Source: an uncultured Acidimicrobiales bacterium
Lineage (GTDB): Bacteria > Actinomycetota > Acidimicrobiia > Acidimicrobiales > UBA10347
DNA: 64,000 nt
Reading direction: 5' to 3'
Assembly (NCBI GenBank): GCA_943788915.1
Contig: CALSSD010000006.1
Coordinates: 310,001 to 374,000, forward strand
Below the pieces are notes generated by a model. The model was given only the letters and a program-made list of their open reading frames with translations, ran no database searches and was not told the origin of the DNA. This document shows positions 61,188-64,000 of this stretch, in pieces (positions within the stretch are counted from its first letter, which is position 1; every line of letters begins with the position of its first letter). Position numbers and translations under genes: made by a program.

Positions 61188-62590
61188 CGGCGAACGTGCA
61201 ATGGATGGCCATGTGCGAGCCATGATGCTTCGGCAAGGGATTCGGACATGGTCGGATGGGCATGGATCGTCCTGGCGATGTCTTCAACGGTGGCCGCAAG
61301 TTCGATAGCCAGCGTCGCTTCGCCAGCGAGTTCGGATGCGTGTGGTCCTACCGAATGCACACCAACAACAGTTCCGTGCTCATCGGTGACGACATAGGTG
61401 GCCCCTGACGTCTCGCCGATGGTCCGAGCTCGCGCCGATGCGACGTGCGGAAATCGGTGGCTCACGAGAGTGCCGTGATCCTTGGTAGAGCCGTGAGCCT
61501 TGGTAGAGAAGTCAGCGGAGGGAAGCGGCTCACCAACACTCATGATCTCGGGGTCACTGAAGATGACCTCGGGGATCGCTGCCGGGGAAAACGAACCAGG
61601 GCGTCCGACGATGGCATCGACGGCAGTCTCGGCCTCGGCTGATGCTTTGTGGGCTAACGCTGGCCCGGCGACGAGGTCGCCGATCGCATAGATGCCAGAA
61701 GCAGCGCGCATTTGGGCGTCGACCACAATATGGCCCTGGGAGTCGAGTTCGATCTCTAGGGTGTCGAGTGAGGCTTTATCGCTGTTCGGTCGTCTGCCAA
61801 CAGCGACCACGATCACGTCGGCCCCGATGTGCTCGCCGGTGTCTAGGACCAGGCCGTGTGCGGTTGGTTGATCGGCCGTGACCCCGACCCGGACCTGAAT
61901 TCCGAGGGCGGCCAACCGGCGTTCGACAGGCTGCCGAAGGACGGGCGCAACCTGGGACAAGATGGTGTCTGCAGCGTCGACGATGGTGACCTGTGATCCG
62001 AGTTTGGCCCACGCGGTGCCAAGTTCGACTCCGATGTATCCTCCGCCAATAATCGCCATCGATGCGGGCACCGATGTGAGTGCAAGTGCTCCGGTCGACG
62101 ACATAATTCGTTCGCCGAGTGGAAACGCCTCGAGCATGATTGGACGTGATCCCGTTGCGATGATGGCGTTGTCGAACTCAAGATGGCTGACGTTGTCGTC
62201 GTGAGCGATGCTGAGCCGGTCGTAGCGAGCAAAACTGGCTGTGCCGTATAGGACCTCGACCCCTGCGTCGCTCAGTAACGCAGCCACGCCACGGCGCAGC
62301 TGCCCGCTCACCGCGGCGAGGTGTTGTGCGACAAGCTGCCCATCGACCGTGACCTTGGCCCGGAGCCCACGCTCTTGTGCCGCGAGTGCGTTGTGCCGCA
62401 GGTTGGCGAGCTCAATGAGCGCCTTTGAAGGAATACACCCGACCGTAAGACAGGTGCCGCCAACGTGGGTCTTTTCGATCAGGGTCACGTCGAGGCCAGC
62501 GTCGGCAGCTCGGAGCGCTGCGACGTATCCACCGGGCCCAGCGCCGATGATCGCAAGTTCGGTCCTGCTGCTAATGGCGCCCACGACCAT
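61184..62590 (-). CDS. lpdA: Dihydrolipoamide dehydrogenase (E3)
   Basis: GAGPGG, GGTCLTVGCIPSK, GGGYIG, HAHPTMSE. Confidence 0.93.
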   Translation of the reverse strand: MVVGAISSRTELAIIGAGPGGYVAALRAADAGLDVTLIEKTHVGGTCLTVGCIPSKALIELANLRHNALAAQERGLRAKVTVDGQLVAQHLAAVSGQLRRGVAALLSDAGVEVLYGTASFARYDRLSIAHDDNVSHLEFDNAIIATGSRPIMLEAFPLGERIMSSTGALALTSVPASMAIIGGGYIGVELGTAWAKLGSQVTIVDAADTILSQVAPVLRQPVERRLAALGIQVRVGVTADQPTAHGLVLDTGEHIGADVIVVAVGRRPNSDKASLDTLEIELDSQGHIVVDAQMRAASGIYAIGDLVAGPALAHKASAEAETAVDAIVGRPGSFSPAAIPEVIFSDPEIMSVGEPLPSADFSTKAHGSTKDHGTLVSHRFPHVASARARTIGETSGATYVVTDEHGTVVGVHSVGPHASELAGEATLAIELAATVEDIARTIHAHPTMSESLAEASWLAHGHPLHVRR

Positions 62591-62593
62591 GAG

Positions 62594-63892
62594 TCAGAGC
62601 ACCAGTTGTAACGGGTCGGCGAGCAAATCGCCGATGAGGGTGAGGACTCCTGTAGCGGTGTCACCATCGAGCTGGCGATGATCGGCTCCCACCACAGTGT
62701 GCATGGTGGAGCGGGCCACGACCTGGCCATCGAGAACGAACGGCCGCTCGGCGATAGAGCCGAACCCGACGATCATGGATTCGGGTGGCCGAATAAGAGG
62801 TGCAGCCTGCTCGCCACCCAGAGCGCCAAAGTTGGTGATCGTGACGGTGCCGCCACGGAAGTGTTCCCGGGACAGGACACCCTTGCGGGCGCCCCGCACC
62901 AGCTCGGTCAGTGTCAGACTGAGTGTCGCGAAGTCAAGCCGATCAGCGGCCTGTAGGACAGGTACGACTAAACCGTGGGGAGACGCCACGGCGACGCCGA
63001 CGTTTATGTGCGAGTGATAGGTGATTGTTTCGTCGGTCATATTGAGCGACGCGTTGGCTTGGGGGTGAACGACGAGTGCCTTGGCCACAGCAGCGACAAA
63101 AAACGCCAGCGGTGTGAGCTGTCGATACTCAGGACGGCCGGTGGCTTTGAGCCGGCTGCGGAGATCCATCAACGCTGCTGCGTCGATGTGCGCAAAGGCG
63201 TGGATGTGGGGGACCTCGGACCACGACTGGGCCATGTTCTTGGCCACGGCGCGTCGCACTCCACGGAGAGAGATCACGCCGCCAGGCATTGAGCTCAGCG
63301 GTGTCGCTGGGTCCACAGGTATCGCTGGGTCTGCAGGTGTTGGTAGGGCCGGGGTCGAGATCATCGGTTGTACCAGCAATGCCTCCTGAGCCGCGTCAGG
63401 AGAAGCAGCAGATACCGCCTGCACTGCTGGCGCCGGCACAGATTCGGCCGGGGGAGGGCTGCCGGTGATTCGATAGGGGGTTTCTAGATCGCTGAGGAGG
63501 ATTCGCCCACCTGGACCACTTCCTGACACGCGTCGGAGATCGATTCCTTGTTCAGCGGCGTAGCGGCGTGTCGAGGGCGATGCCTTGATTCTCGGCATCG
63601 TTACCTCGGGTGCCGTTGGTGTGCCTTCTTCGTCGACAGCCGTTGTATCGGTGGTGTTACCATCGATTATTGCGATGAGTTCGCCGACCATGATGAGGTC
63701 TCCGACCGCGCCGCCGAGTTGCACGATGGTTCCTGCGGTGGGTGCAGGTAGCTCGGCATTTGACTTGTCGGTCATGACTTCGATCAGCGGTTGATCGCGA
63801 GTGACCTGGTCGCCTACGGCCACGAGCCAGCTGATGATTTCTGCTTCTTCGAGCCCTTCGCCGATATCGGCGAGCCTGAACTCGTGCCTCAT
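62594..63892 (-). CDS. 2-oxoacid dehydrogenase E2 (dihydrolipoamide acyltransferase)
   Basis: Lipoyl domain EVMTDKS, ASPSTR..GSGPGGRI, TITNFG, DHRQLDG. Confidence 0.93.
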   Translation of the reverse strand: MRHEFRLADIGEGLEEAEIISWLVAVGDQVTRDQPLIEVMTDKSNAELPAPTAGTIVQLGGAVGDLIMVGELIAIIDGNTTDTTAVDEEGTPTAPEVTMPRIKASPSTRRYAAEQGIDLRRVSGSGPGGRILLSDLETPYRITGSPPPAESVPAPAVQAVSAASPDAAQEALLVQPMISTPALPTPADPAIPVDPATPLSSMPGGVISLRGVRRAVAKNMAQSWSEVPHIHAFAHIDAAALMDLRSRLKATGRPEYRQLTPLAFFVAAVAKALVVHPQANASLNMTDETITYHSHINVGVAVASPHGLVVPVLQAADRLDFATLSLTLTELVRGARKGVLSREHFRGGTVTITNFGALGGEQAAPLIRPPESMIVGFGSIAERPFVLDGQVVARSTMHTVVGADHRQLDGDTATGVLTLIGDLLADPLQLVL

Positions 63893-64000
63893 GGTGCGGC
63901 GTTGATCAGTTTGTTCACGGCAGCCTCGATACGTCGGACATCAGGGACATAGGTGTCTTCGAGCATTCCGACGGGATACGGCGTGTCGAAACCAGATACT
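63889..64000 (-). CDS. 2-oxoacid dehydrogenase E1 beta subunit, C-terminal fragment
   Basis: Manual translation VSGFDTPYPVGMLEDTYVPDVRRIEAAVNKLINAAP*; ATGA overlap with E2. Confidence 0.8.
   Translation of the reverse strand, partial: VSGFDTPYPVGMLEDTYVPDVRRIEAAVNKLINAAP

Overview
64 kb of GC-rich core chromosome from an actinobacterium. Gene content suggests Acidimicrobiia (inference): the Pup-proteasome locus, DUF3151, a two-domain ThyX and many leaderless genes. Order: M18 aminopeptidase (partial), gltBD, an accessory six-gene minus-strand operon at 6945-11807, hydrolases, rnd, LOG, tal/tkt, ADP-forming acyl-CoA ligase, a degenerate DacB, ttuB-ttuA-trmI, copA with a MerR-family regulator and operator, ferredoxin, arc-dop-pup-prcBA-pafA-pafBC, two lepB, tatB/tatC, helY, thyX, L,D-transpeptidase, hisI, P450, and the 3' end of a 2-oxoacid dehydrogenase operon. 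About 12 genes, several normally essential, have single-base frameshifts that are most likely long-read sequencing errors. The best candidate for an undescribed system is the 6945-11807 operon. It encodes a Tat-exported protein with a 12-Cys domain plus three repeated beta domains, MauE-, MauD- (two copies) and MauF-like membrane redox proteins, and an unknown protein, but no methylamine dehydrogenase heavy chain or MauG. The MauF-like gene has an in-frame TGA where the family's Cys is expected, followed by a SECIS-like hairpin, suggesting selenocysteine or other readthrough. No rRNA, tRNA, CRISPR array or mobile element was recognised. All family calls are from motif reading, not database searches.
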